DNA from: Rickettsiales bacterium
Lineage (GTDB): Bacteria; Pseudomonadota; Alphaproteobacteria; Rickettsiales; CANDYO01
Direction: 5' to 3'
Length of the DNA: 64,000 bases
NCBI GenBank assembly: GCA_965228885.1
Contig: OZ245841.1
Span: 483,716-547,715 of the forward strand
The translations under genes and the position numbers were made by a program. Of the stretch, positions 41,038-50,460 are shown one piece after another (within the stretch, counting starts at the first letter, position 1; each line of letters opens with the position of its first letter). The notes under the pieces were generated by a model. That model searched no databases and was not told where the DNA came from. It saw only the letters and a program-made list of their open reading frames with translations.

Positions 41038-41991
41038 TATAGTATTTCCTCTTTATAAATAGATCGATATTTGCTATAATAATATTTATTTATACAACTA
41101 TTATAGCAGGTATTTTGATGAGTTATGGTAATGATTTTAGGCAGTGTGTTTTAGATAACATTTCAGAAGGAATGTCTTGGAGTAAAGCTTGCAAAGTATT
41201 TTCTATTAGCCGAGGTAGCATTGCTTCATGGCTAAAGAAAGTCCAAACAACAGGCGAAGTTTCTGACCCTCCTCGCAAAGCGTATAAGGTTCGGAAGATA
41301 GATTCGGATCTTCTATTAGCAGCTTTTAATAAAACTCCAGATGCAACATTAGAAGAAATTGCCAAACAATTCAATTGCTGGCCTCAGTCAATCCACAAAC
41401 GTTGTGTAAAGTTAGGTATAACTCGTAAAAAAAACAACATTATACGCGGAACGAAATGAAGAAAAAAGACAAGAATTTCTATCCAAGATAGAGCAAATCG
41501 ACCCTGCTAAGTTAGTGTGGCTTGATGAATCTGGAATTGATGAATTCCTTCAACGTAATTATGCCAGAGCACCACGTGGAAAGCAAGTAATATCAGAGGT
41601 TTACGGAAGAAAGTATGGAAGAATTTCAATTATAGCAGCTTGGTTATCTAAGAAGAAAGAGATGATAGCTCCTTATGTTTTTACTGGTTATACTGATTCA
41701 CGAAGGTTTAATATATGGCTCGAGAAATATCTACTTCCAGAACTTAAAGAAGGTCAAGTTGTGATTATGGATAACGCTGCCTTCCATAAATCACCCAGAA
41801 CAAAAGAGCTTATAGAATCAGTTGGTTGCAGCCTGCTGTATCAACCATCATATTCTCCAGACTTAAATCCAATTGAAAATCAATGGGCTGTATTAAAGAG
41901 AAAATTTAAAAAATATAAACACAAATTTGAAAATTTCAATGACGCTGTAGATTATGCATTTCAGGTCTAATTATAAAGGGGAAACACTATA
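41038..41991 (+). mobile_element. IS630-family insertion sequence (954 bp) nested in the IS1 left end
   Basis: The TIRs tatagtatttcctctttataaata (41038..41061) and taattataaaggggaaacactata (41968..41991) match at 21/24 positions as inverted repeats. TA dinucleotides sit at both tips. Confidence 0.85.
41115..41970 (+). pseudogene. IS630-family DDE transposase split into two frames at an A8 tract
   Basis: The HTH part (41115..41459) and the DDE_3 part (LVWLDESG ... IMDNAAFHK ... YSPDLNPIENQW) lie in different frames. Reading with A7 instead of A8 at 41427..41434 gives a continuous ...ITRKKTTLYAERNEEKRQEFL... Confidence 0.7.
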
Positions 41992-41993
41992 AT

Positions 41994-42407
41994 ATGACAT
42001 TAATATGCAAGCATTGCGGAGATAGCAACTATCGTAAAGCTGGATTTTCTAAGGGAAAGCAAAGATATAAGTGCAAAAATTGCGAGAGACTTTTTAGCGA
42101 AGGCGACAAAAGAGAGAGATATTCAATAGAACAAAGACTTAAAGCAATAAAGCTATATACAGAAGGCGTGGGGCTGAGGACAATCGAGCGAGCCGAAGGA
42201 ATTTCTACGCCGCTATTAATTCATTGGATTAGAAAGTTAGGAAGAATGCTTAAGGCGCATTTGGTCAGCTCAGATATTCCAGAACACGCAAAAGATATCG
42301 CCATATTGGAAGTTGATGAGCTTTTTACTTTTTACCAAAAAAAGAGCAAAAAGCTTACGTATGGCTTGCTGTGGACAGAAACAGGAATAAAATTATTGAT
42401 ATTGTAG
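41994..42407 (+). CDS. insA: IS1-family transposase N-terminal part (InsA-like: zinc finger plus HTH)
   Basis: CKHCGDSNYRKAGFSKGKQRYKCKNCERLF zinc-finger-like motif followed by an HTH. It ends shortly after an A7 slippery run. Confidence 0.75.
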   Translation: MTLICKHCGDSNYRKAGFSKGKQRYKCKNCERLFSEGDKRERYSIEQRLKAIKLYTEGVGLRTIERAEGISTPLLIHWIRKLGRMLKAHLVSSDIPEHAKDIAILEVDELFTFYQKKSKKLTYGLLWTETGIKLLIL

Positions 42408-42709
42408 TTAGTCGTAATCGAGAAAAATGGGTTTATGTTAGAATGGCCCAAAGACTCCAAAAGAAAGGCTACAAAGTTCAAATACTTTGTACTGATGGCT
42501 ACGAAGGTTATGGTTGCTATAAATTAGCTAAACGGCACGTAGTTAGTAAAGCCGAAACATCATTAGTAGAGTCTAAAAACTCATTAATAAGGTTAAATCT
42601 TGCTAGATTCAATAGAAAGACGCGCAGATTTTCAAAAGCATTCGATATGATTTTTGCTTCTTTGATTGTTTTAGTTTATAAATCTGAAGCGCTAGATATC
42701 CTTGTTTAG
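42371..42709 (+). CDS. insB: IS1-family transposase catalytic part (InsB-like), in the -1 frame relative to insA
   Basis: The -1 frame reads ...KKEQKAYVWLAVDRNRNKIIDIVVSRNRE ... LCTDGYEGY ... SKAETSLVESKNSLIRLNLARFNRKTRRFSK. The frame is open back to the A7 run at 42337..42343. Confidence 0.75.
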   Translation: MDRNRNKIIDIVVSRNREKWVYVRMAQRLQKKGYKVQILCTDGYEGYGCYKLAKRHVVSKAETSLVESKNSLIRLNLARFNRKTRRFSKAFDMIFASLIVLVYKSEALDILV

Positions 42710-42823
42710 CATTGCCAGCTTAACAATGGTATGGATTGTTAATTTTACGATACTGTATGTTCCCTTTTTATTATTTGTTTGTCCTGGATTCTGGTTTTAG
42801 GTTTACTGGGCCCTCGGCCCTTC

Positions 42824-43104
42824 GGGCCAAGGGTGACGGAAGAGGAGAGGCGGGCCAAGGGTGACGGAAGAGGAGAGGTGGGCCAAGGGTGACGGAAGAG
42901 GAGAGGTGGGCCAAGAGTGACGGAAGAGGATAGGTGGTCCAAGGGTGACGGAAGAAGGGGTACAATGGTGGCGGAAGAAGGGGTGCAATGGTGGCGGAAG
43001 AAGGGGGGTACGATGGCGACGGAAGAGGAGAGGTGGTCCAAGGGTGACGGAAGAGGGAGCACAATGGCGATGAAGGAGGGCAAGGATGACGGAAGAAGGT
43101 AGGT
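42824..43104. repeat. purine-rich (plus strand) GC-rich tandem array: four near-perfect 28-bp units followed by about seven degenerate 19-31-bp units
   Basis: gggccaagggtgacggaagaggagagg[c/t] occurs at 42824, 42852, 42880 and 42908. Variants sharing the core g[at/gc]gacggaaga[ag]g follow. The composition contrasts sharply with the flanking AT-rich DNA. Confidence 0.9.
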
Positions 43105-43195
43105 GAATTAAGGGAAGGTAGTGGCTAAGGATAAGAGATAAAGATGGAAAATAGATATGATGGTTATGAAAGCTTAAACTGAGCAATAAAAAGAA

Positions 43196-43280
43196 GATGA
43201 ATTAGACCAAAGAGTCTCTAATAGAGTTTTTTCTGGTAGAGTTTTTTCTGGATTCTTGAAAACCTAACGGTTTTCGAGAG
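43196..43280 (-). repeat. reversed, degenerate partial copy of the MITE-like element
   Basis: gatgaattagaccaaagagtctctaat is the reverse complement of the internal palindrome region. ctggattcttgaaaacctaacggttttcgagag is the reverse complement of the variant c arm. Confidence 0.65.
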
Positions 43281-43392
43281 TTGTGATGCTATATTTAAAA
43301 TAGCTGGAGTTATTTTTGAATATGTTTTTGTTATTTTTATTGTCTCCATTTATAAATGAGCTAATTCCTAGCGTATATGATTATGATGGAGG

Positions 43393-44718
43393 TTATTTTC
43401 CTATACAAAACTTGATGAATATTTCATCTAATATGGCTTCAACGTCAATATTTCCAACTATTTGTCCTAAAGCTCTGGCAGCCAGGCGCAAATCTTCACA
43501 GGCAAGTTCTAATTGATTGTCCAGTGTAAAGCAATTTAGGCTCTCTAAACAATCATTTAAGTAACGGCGATGACGTTCTCTGGTGATTATTGGATCAGAA
43601 GAGGGGGAGAATTTATTAGAAATTTCTGAAGATAATTTCTCTAAAAATAAATCTAGTCCTAAATTTTCTTTAACTGATATTTCAATAGCATCTTCATGCT
43701 TCACAACAGAATCTTGATCTATTTTATTAATAACTATGATGGTGTTTTTATCCATTATTGCAGATATTTCTGGGGCTAGACTTTTTTTATCATTGGCTGC
43801 CATTATAACAATTTTTATATCTGCATTTTCAGCTTTCATATGAGCCCTATCAATGCCTTCTCTTTCTATTATATCTTCACTTTCTCTAATTCCTGCAGTG
43901 TCTGCTATGGTTACAGGATATCCCGCTAAGTCTAAATGAACTTCTATGATATCTCTGGTGGTTCCAGCGATGCTTGAAACAATAGCCACATCTCTTTTTG
44001 CTAAATAATTTAGTAAACTAGATTTACCAACATTAGGTGCGCCTAAAATGGCCACATGAATTCCTCGACGAAGAATTTCGCCTCGATTATTGTCATTTAA
44101 ATGAGACTCTAGATTTTTTTTTAAAAGAGTTACCTCATTATTAACCTGGTCTATTACTTCGTTTGGAATATCATCTTCTGGAAAGTCAAGAAAAGCTTCG
44201 ATTAGAGCCAAGACATGAATTAGCTTGAGTTTCCAATCTTCATATAAATTTGCTAAATTTCCTTGCATTTGCCTCATGGCCTGCTGCTGCTGGATTATAG
44301 TTTCTGATTCAATTAAATCTGCCAGACCTTCTGCAGCGGTTAAATCCATTTTTCCATTCAAGAAAGCGCGCTTTGAAAACTCGCCAGGATTAGCTAAGCG
44401 AAAATTTGTAAAACCAGCTAAAATTTTTACGAGAAGATTGATGATTGCTTTACTACCGTGAATATGTAATTCAACCACATCTTCGCCTGTAAAGCTATTT
44501 GGGGAAGAAAAAGTTAATATTACCGCTTTATCAATGAGCTGATTAGTGATAGGATTAATTATGTTCCTCAAAGTTGCCTGTCGTGCTTTGGGAGGATCTT
44601 TTTTTGTTAGTTGGTTTATGCAGCTAAAGGCATTAGGGCCTGAGATACGGATGATGGCAACCCCTGATTTTCCAGGAGGTGTGGCAAGAGCAAAGATTGT
44701 TTTTTTGTCATTAAGCAT
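43393..44718 (-). CDS. mnmE: tRNA modification GTPase MnmE (TrmE)
   Basis: G-domain GAPNVGKSSLLN ... DTAGIR ... NKID and the C-terminal CIGK motif. Confidence 0.95.
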   Translation of the reverse strand: MLNDKKTIFALATPPGKSGVAIIRISGPNAFSCINQLTKKDPPKARQATLRNIINPITNQLIDKAVILTFSSPNSFTGEDVVELHIHGSKAIINLLVKILAGFTNFRLANPGEFSKRAFLNGKMDLTAAEGLADLIESETIIQQQQAMRQMQGNLANLYEDWKLKLIHVLALIEAFLDFPEDDIPNEVIDQVNNEVTLLKKNLESHLNDNNRGEILRRGIHVAILGAPNVGKSSLLNYLAKRDVAIVSSIAGTTRDIIEVHLDLAGYPVTIADTAGIRESEDIIEREGIDRAHMKAENADIKIVIMAANDKKSLAPEISAIMDKNTIIVINKIDQDSVVKHEDAIEISVKENLGLDLFLEKLSSEISNKFSPSSDPIITRERHRRYLNDCLESLNCFTLDNQLELACEDLRLAARALGQIVGNIDVEAILDEIFIKFCIGK

Positions 44719-44758
44719 ATAGTTATTATAAATATATAAACATTAAAGAGCATACAAT

Positions 44759-47700
44759 ATGGAAAAATATGACTTCACAATGCAGCATCTTTATGGTGAG
44801 AACCATCACCATATTACAAAAATTATAAACATTCTTCAAGCTAGTAACCTTGAAGAAACGTTTATACGCAAGTTTTATGCAACAATTCCTATGCTAAATC
44901 TCAAAGAAAGTGACTATAGATTATATGCAGATCTTGTGAGAAATGCTTTCAATTTTCTTCAGAGACATGACGCTTCGAAAGCAAAAGTAAAGCTATATCA
45001 AAGCTCTGGTGAAGACGCTGATGACGATTATACAATTATTGAAATATTAAGTCGTGATATGCCTTTCATATTTGATTCAGCCATGTGTTTGCTTAACAGA
45101 CTAGATATATCTGTAGATAGAGCGGCTCATCCTACTATCTTTGTTAGTAGAGATGGAGATGGAAAATTATTATCAATTGATGAGGCATTAGCTAAAGATG
45201 GTGAAGAAGAGATTATAATTCAGATTCTAACCTCTCATGCATTAGCTGAAGATCTTGCTGTAAAAGTGGAAACAGAACTTAATTCTATTCTTTCTTTGGT
45301 TGAAGCTGCAGTTTACGATTGGAGAAAAACCTTAGACAAATTACAGATGCATATAGATGCATTTGATAAAGCTCCTTATCTTGAAGAAGAGAAGTTGCAT
45401 TATGAGCAAAAAGAATTCCTTGAAAAGGTGCGAGATAAGTATTTTGTTTTCTTAGGAGCTGTGGAATATAGTTTTAATCATAAAAAAACAAAGGTTGAAG
45501 ATTCTGCTTTAGGGATTTTAAGGCTTGCTCCAGATCAATTTGATGAAGATATAGATGAGGTGGTTTTTGACTCTGGTTTTTTTGAAGATAAAAATCTTAT
45601 TTCTATTAGTAAATTAAATAAAGCTTCTGTTGTGCATCGTGATGCTATTCTTGACTGTTTATGTATAAAAACTTTAGATAAAAAAGGAAATATAAAAAAC
45701 GCCTCTATCTTTATAGGTTTATTTACTTCTATTTTATATTATCAAAGCGCCACGTTAATTCCTATTATCAGAGATAAGTTACGTTTTGTTCTAAAAAAGG
45801 CAAATTTTAGCCCACATAGCTATGCAGGAAAAGAGTTAGTTTCTATTATTGAAGCCTTGCCTAGAGATGAATTATTTGAAATTTCATCTGAGGAGTTATA
45901 TCCCCTGGTAATGGAGATATATGCCTTATTATTTGCCGCTGAATTAAGAGTGTTTTTACGCAAAAGAGGGGGGCATTTAAGCTGTTTGCTGTTTTTGCCA
46001 ACGGAATTGGCAAACTCTGAAAATGTGAAGAAGCTTAAAGCTAATTTAACTTTTGAATATGGTCCTATAATTAGCCATTCTTTTGCTCAAATTAATTCCT
46101 CTAGATTATGTTACTATTCTTTTATAATAGATTCTAAAGATGCTAATATTAACACCGCAGATCTTACTCAAATAGAAAAAGATCTTCGCTCTGTAATAAG
46201 GCCTTGGGATAGTTCTTTAAAAAAGTTGTTATTGAAAGAATATCCTAAACATAAAGCTCTAGATGTTTTTGCAAAATTCCAATTAGCATTCCCTGTTTCT
46301 TACCAAGAAAAGACAAATTATAGCAAAACCATTATTGAGGATATTGAAAATATATCTTCTGTTGTAGAGAACAAAAAAATAATTTTTAAGATTAGCCCAA
46401 GTATTGAAGGAAAAGTTAATTTAGCTCAATTAAAAATTTATCACCTAGAGGGATTAAATCTCTCTGAAATTATGCCAATGTTACAGAACATGGGGCTAAA
46501 TGTTGTGGCAGAACAAATTCATATAGTTGAACCTTTTGGCAATCAAGGGGAAATATGGCTTCATCAATTTGTTTTAAAAGTTGATAAAGAAGTAACCCAA
46601 ATGATAGAAAATGCTCAAGAAAACATAGAAGAAGCATTTTATGCTATATGGTATGAAAAATGTCAGAATGACCCATATAATCAGTTGATCCTTAAAGCTA
46701 ATTTAACCTATAGGCAGGTTACTATGCTTATGGCTCTCTCTGAATATTTATGCCAAATTAAAATTGGTTATAGTCATGAATATATAGGACAGGTTCTTAA
46801 TAAACATTCTAAAATTTCTAAGCTTCTAGTATCGCTGTTTTATAGTATGTTTAATGTTAAGTTAACTGGAGAAGAGCGCCTCAAAAAATCTGAATCAATA
46901 CGTTCAAACATAGAAAAAGAACTAACTCTTATTCATGATAATGTTGAAGATCAAATTTTAAGAAGATTTATCAATGTTTTAAATAATACTTTAAGAACCA
47001 ACTACTTTTTGCGTGATGAAAATGGCAAAGAAAAAGATTATATGTCTTTCAAAATTGATTCTGCTAAGATTATTAATATTCCTCCGCCAAGTCCATATAG
47101 AGAAATATTTGTTTATTCAGCTAGCTTTGAGGCTATACACCTTAGAGGGGGAAAGGTTGCAAGAGGTGGCTTAAGATGGTCTGATCGCAGTGAGGATTAT
47201 CGCACCGAGGTTTTAGGACTAATGAAAACTCAAGTAGTTAAGAATGCTGTAATTGTTCCTACTGGATCAAAAGGTGGATTTGTTTTAAAGAACACAGCTG
47301 GACTAAGCAGAGACGAGTTTATGGCCAAAGGAAAAGAATGTTACAAGAACTTTCTTAGAGGAATGCTGGATATCACTGATAATATAATTGATGGGAAAGT
47401 TCATCATCCTAAACATATTGTTAGATATGATAAAGATGATGCATATCTAGTGGTGGCTGCAGATAAAGGAACGGCAACTTTCTCAGATATTGCTAATTCA
47501 ATATCAGATGAATATAAGTTCTGGTTAGGTGATGCTTTTGCCTCTGGGGGGTCAAAAGGATATGATCATAAAAAAATGGCTATTACTGCAAGAGGAGCAT
47601 GGATTTCTGTTGCCAGACATTTCCGTGAAATTGGCGTTGATGTAGATAAAGATGATTTCACAGTTGTTGGAATTGGTGATATGTCAGGGGACGTATTTGG

Positions 47701-49546
47701 TAATGGTATGTTGCTTTCTAAACATATAAGGCTGGTTGCTGCATTTAACCATATGCATATATTTGTGGATCCTAATCCTGATAGTGCCAAAAGCTTTGTT
47801 GAAAGAGAGAGATTGTTTAATTTACCAAGGTCAACTTGGGAAGACTATAGCACGAAAGCCTTATCTAAAGGAGGTAGAATTTATAGCCGTAGTGAAAAAT
47901 CTCTTGCGCTTACTCCAGAAATTAAAGAAAGATTTAATCTTAAATGTGATAGCATCTCTCCAAATAATTTAATCAAAGTTTTGTTGACAGCTGAAGTGGG
48001 TTTACTTTGGAATGGGGGAATTGGAACTTATGCTAAAGCCAAATTTGAAACTCATGAACAAGTTGGTGACAAAGCAAATGACAATCTCAGATGTAATGCT
48101 GAAGACCTGCGCTGTAAAATTATTGGGGAAGGAGGAAATTTAGGCCTGACCCAGCATGCAAGAATTGAATATGCACGAAAAGGTGGGCGCATTAATACTG
48201 ATGCTATAGATAATTCTGCAGGTGTGGATTGTTCAGATCATGAGGTTAATCTTAAGATTGCCTTAAAAGAGCTTATGAACAAAGGTCTAATGACTGAAAA
48301 TAAAAGAGTGGCTCTGCTTGAATCTATGACTGATGATATTGCAGAATTATGCTTGAAAGATAATCGTACCCAAACCAGGGCTCTAACAATTGCCTCTCAA
48401 CAGGGAGTTGATATTTTGGGGGCGCAAGAACATTTTATTAACATTTTAGAAGAGCAAAAAATTCTCGATCGTGAATTAGAATGTCTTCCAACAAGACAGC
48501 AATTTACTCAATTATATGCTAGTAAACAAGGTTTAACGCGACCTGAATTATCCGTGTTGTTAGCTTATAGTAAGAATGCTATTTATGATAATTTAATTAA
48601 TACTAATTTAGCTGAAGATCCTTATTTCACAGATGATTTATTATTATATTTCCCAGAAAAAATGAGGAAAAAATATTCAGAAATATTAATATCACATCCT
48701 TTACGCAAAGAAATTATTACCACTAGCATTACTAATAGCATGGTTAATAGGGTTGATACTTTCTATTTGCATTTAGCCGTGGAGTCAACAGGGCATAATT
48801 TTTCTGACATTGCTAGAGCATATACCGTTACTAGGGATGTGTTTGGAATTCGAGAATTATGGAAAGAGATAAATAAACTTGATGGAATAGTGAAAGTTAA
48901 GGACCAAGTGGAGCTTTCTATAATTATCAAAAAATTTGTGATGAGAGCTACTAGCTGGTTACTTAGAAATTATTACCATAAGATTAATATAGCCTCTGTT
49001 GTTCAAGAATATCAGGAGCAGGTGAAGAAGCTAAAGAAAACTATAGAACCTTCTTTGGTGCGTAACTTTAAGCAAAGTTTTGATGATGACTTAGAAAATT
49101 TCAAATCAATGAATGTGCCCGCAGAACTAGCTCATAAAATTGCGCTTTTAGGGCCGTTATCTTCAGCTTATAATATTGCTGAGATCTCTAACAGAAAGAA
49201 AGTTCCTGTTGATAAAGTTTGTAAAATTTATTTTGAATTAGGATATCGTTTTAATGTTGATTGGTTGCGTCATGTTTCTAGAAAACTGGTTGGAGAAAAT
49301 AATTGGCAGAAATTGGCTATTCAAGGATTTAAAGATGAATTATACGACACCCATCGCAAGATTGTTGCTTCAGCTGTTGAAAGTGCCGAGAAACATGATC
49401 ATAAATTAGATTATTGGTATAAAATAAATAACAAACAGATTAAGTTATTCGATCGTTTTATTGCTGATGTTAAATCTCAAGCTGATGTTGAATATGCAAT
49501 GGTGGAATTAAGTTTGAAGAAATTGAGTAATCTTTTGGTAAAATAA
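44759..49546 (+). CDS. gdhB: large NAD-specific glutamate dehydrogenase (Bac_GDH family, 1595 aa)
   Basis: Size plus the catalytic core RGGLRWSDR ... VPTGSKGGFV ... VVAADKGTATFSD ... GNGMLLS, typical of the ~180-kDa NAD-GDH class. Confidence 0.9.
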   Translation: MEKYDFTMQHLYGENHHHITKIINILQASNLEETFIRKFYATIPMLNLKESDYRLYADLVRNAFNFLQRHDASKAKVKLYQSSGEDADDDYTIIEILSRDMPFIFDSAMCLLNRLDISVDRAAHPTIFVSRDGDGKLLSIDEALAKDGEEEIIIQILTSHALAEDLAVKVETELNSILSLVEAAVYDWRKTLDKLQMHIDAFDKAPYLEEEKLHYEQKEFLEKVRDKYFVFLGAVEYSFNHKKTKVEDSALGILRLAPDQFDEDIDEVVFDSGFFEDKNLISISKLNKASVVHRDAILDCLCIKTLDKKGNIKNASIFIGLFTSILYYQSATLIPIIRDKLRFVLKKANFSPHSYAGKELVSIIEALPRDELFEISSEELYPLVMEIYALLFAAELRVFLRKRGGHLSCLLFLPTELANSENVKKLKANLTFEYGPIISHSFAQINSSRLCYYSFIIDSKDANINTADLTQIEKDLRSVIRPWDSSLKKLLLKEYPKHKALDVFAKFQLAFPVSYQEKTNYSKTIIEDIENISSVVENKKIIFKISPSIEGKVNLAQLKIYHLEGLNLSEIMPMLQNMGLNVVAEQIHIVEPFGNQGEIWLHQFVLKVDKEVTQMIENAQENIEEAFYAIWYEKCQNDPYNQLILKANLTYRQVTMLMALSEYLCQIKIGYSHEYIGQVLNKHSKISKLLVSLFYSMFNVKLTGEERLKKSESIRSNIEKELTLIHDNVEDQILRRFINVLNNTLRTNYFLRDENGKEKDYMSFKIDSAKIINIPPPSPYREIFVYSASFEAIHLRGGKVARGGLRWSDRSEDYRTEVLGLMKTQVVKNAVIVPTGSKGGFVLKNTAGLSRDEFMAKGKECYKNFLRGMLDITDNIIDGKVHHPKHIVRYDKDDAYLVVAADKGTATFSDIANSISDEYKFWLGDAFASGGSKGYDHKKMAITARGAWISVARHFREIGVDVDKDDFTVVGIGDMSGDVFGNGMLLSKHIRLVAAFNHMHIFVDPNPDSAKSFVERERLFNLPRSTWEDYSTKALSKGGRIYSRSEKSLALTPEIKERFNLKCDSISPNNLIKVLLTAEVGLLWNGGIGTYAKAKFETHEQVGDKANDNLRCNAEDLRCKIIGEGGNLGLTQHARIEYARKGGRINTDAIDNSAGVDCSDHEVNLKIALKELMNKGLMTENKRVALLESMTDDIAELCLKDNRTQTRALTIASQQGVDILGAQEHFINILEEQKILDRELECLPTRQQFTQLYASKQGLTRPELSVLLAYSKNAIYDNLINTNLAEDPYFTDDLLLYFPEKMRKKYSEILISHPLRKEIITTSITNSMVNRVDTFYLHLAVESTGHNFSDIARAYTVTRDVFGIRELWKEINKLDGIVKVKDQVELSIIIKKFVMRATSWLLRNYYHKINIASVVQEYQEQVKKLKKTIEPSLVRNFKQSFDDDLENFKSMNVPAELAHKIALLGPLSSAYNIAEISNRKKVPVDKVCKIYFELGYRFNVDWLRHVSRKLVGENNWQKLAIQGFKDELYDTHRKIVASAVESAEKHDHKLDYWYKINNKQIKLFDRFIADVKSQADVEYAMVELSLKKLSNLLVK

Positions 49547-49552
49547 GAAATC

Positions 49553-49588
49553 GGAAGGAGGTTTGAAATAAATCCTCATTCCTTTTTT
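49553..49588 (+). terminator. candidate intrinsic terminator downstream of gdh
   Basis: Stem ggaaggagg / cctcattcc (8 of 9 positions pair), a 12-nt loop, then TTTTTT. It lies between convergent genes. Confidence 0.45.
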
Positions 49589-49594
49589 ATACAA

Positions 49595-50386
49595 TCAACC
49601 TCCAAGATCATCACAATATTCATAGTCTGCGCTTGATAATGAGCTTCCTAATAACTCCAGAATCAAGGCTTCTCTTTGAGGTTCGCTATCTTGTAATTGG
49701 GGTTTTATTTTATCCAAATATTGATCAATGCCTAAAGCAAAGGGATCAACTTCAAAATGAACTCCTGAGAGAATAACTTTGCCCTGGCCATAATTAGTTT
49801 TAATAATTGAAGCTAGGTTATTTTCTTTATAGCGAGCTATAATTTCAATATTGGGGTAGTCTTCTGGTTTTTCAAAATATCCTCCGCCATTATAATAAAT
49901 TTTTAAAGACTCTAAACCTGTAATGTTAGTTTCTATCTCTGCGGATCTGGCGCCACTATTTGTTAAATAACTATATTTAGCTAATATTGGACCAATTGAT
50001 TTACCAGGGAAGAATTTTAGCTCTCTCTCTCCTAAAACTTCAAATATTCCTGATTTATCAAATTCAACATAGCCTGAAGAATAATAAGCTCCTGCACAGA
50101 TTCCTAAATAAGTTCCACCATTTTCTACATAGTTTTTTATAACGTTATTTCCTGCTCCATTAAGTTTAGCAACATATGGAAGATCAGCTCCACCAGGTAT
50201 TACAAGAAGGGAAGCATTATAAGCCCAGTCTCCCTGAATTAAATCAGAGGCTTCTAAAGTTTTAATTTGGTTGTTAGAGAAAAAATTACTAAAAGAGAAT
50301 ATGGTATGCTTTACCATGTTTCTACTAGCTCCTAAATCATTATATATATAAATAGTGGATTTATTGTTCATAATATATTTCTCCAA
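49595..50386 (-). CDS. BPL_N-like / class I glutamine-amidotransferase-like protein
   Basis: LLVIPGGADLPY ... GGTYLGICAGAYY resembles the biotin-protein-ligase N-terminal (GATase1-like) domain. Confidence 0.55.
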   Translation of the reverse strand: MEKYIMNNKSTIYIYNDLGASRNMVKHTIFSFSNFFSNNQIKTLEASDLIQGDWAYNASLLVIPGGADLPYVAKLNGAGNNVIKNYVENGGTYLGICAGAYYSSGYVEFDKSGIFEVLGERELKFFPGKSIGPILAKYSYLTNSGARSAEIETNITGLESLKIYYNGGGYFEKPEDYPNIEIIARYKENNLASIIKTNYGQGKVILSGVHFEVDPFALGIDQYLDKIKPQLQDSEPQREALILELLGSSLSSADYEYCDDLGG

Positions 50387-50460
50387 AAGTTTAATTAATT
50401 CTTGAAAGAGATACTGGCTCTTTATACTATCAAATTGTTATTTTTACAAAGAGAAAAATT

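Larger units (their letters stand above)
40963..42716 (+). mobile_element. IS1-family insertion sequence carrying a nested IS630-family element
   Basis: The terminal inverted repeats ggcaatgctaaataagga (40963..40980) and tccttgtttagcattgcc (42699..42716) match at 17/18 positions. They are flanked by the 8-bp direct repeat agcttaac (40955..40962 and 42717..42724). Confidence 0.85.

Noticed and set aside
42745-43186. Three overlapping minus-strand ORFs (112, 97 and 127 aa) and one plus-strand ORF (42917..43102) with Pro/Ser/Leu-rich repetitive translations
   Set aside because: They coincide with the 28-bp tandem array. The period is not divisible by three, and all three frames are open simply because the purine/pyrimidine-biased repeat lacks stop codons. 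No start context or RBS is present.
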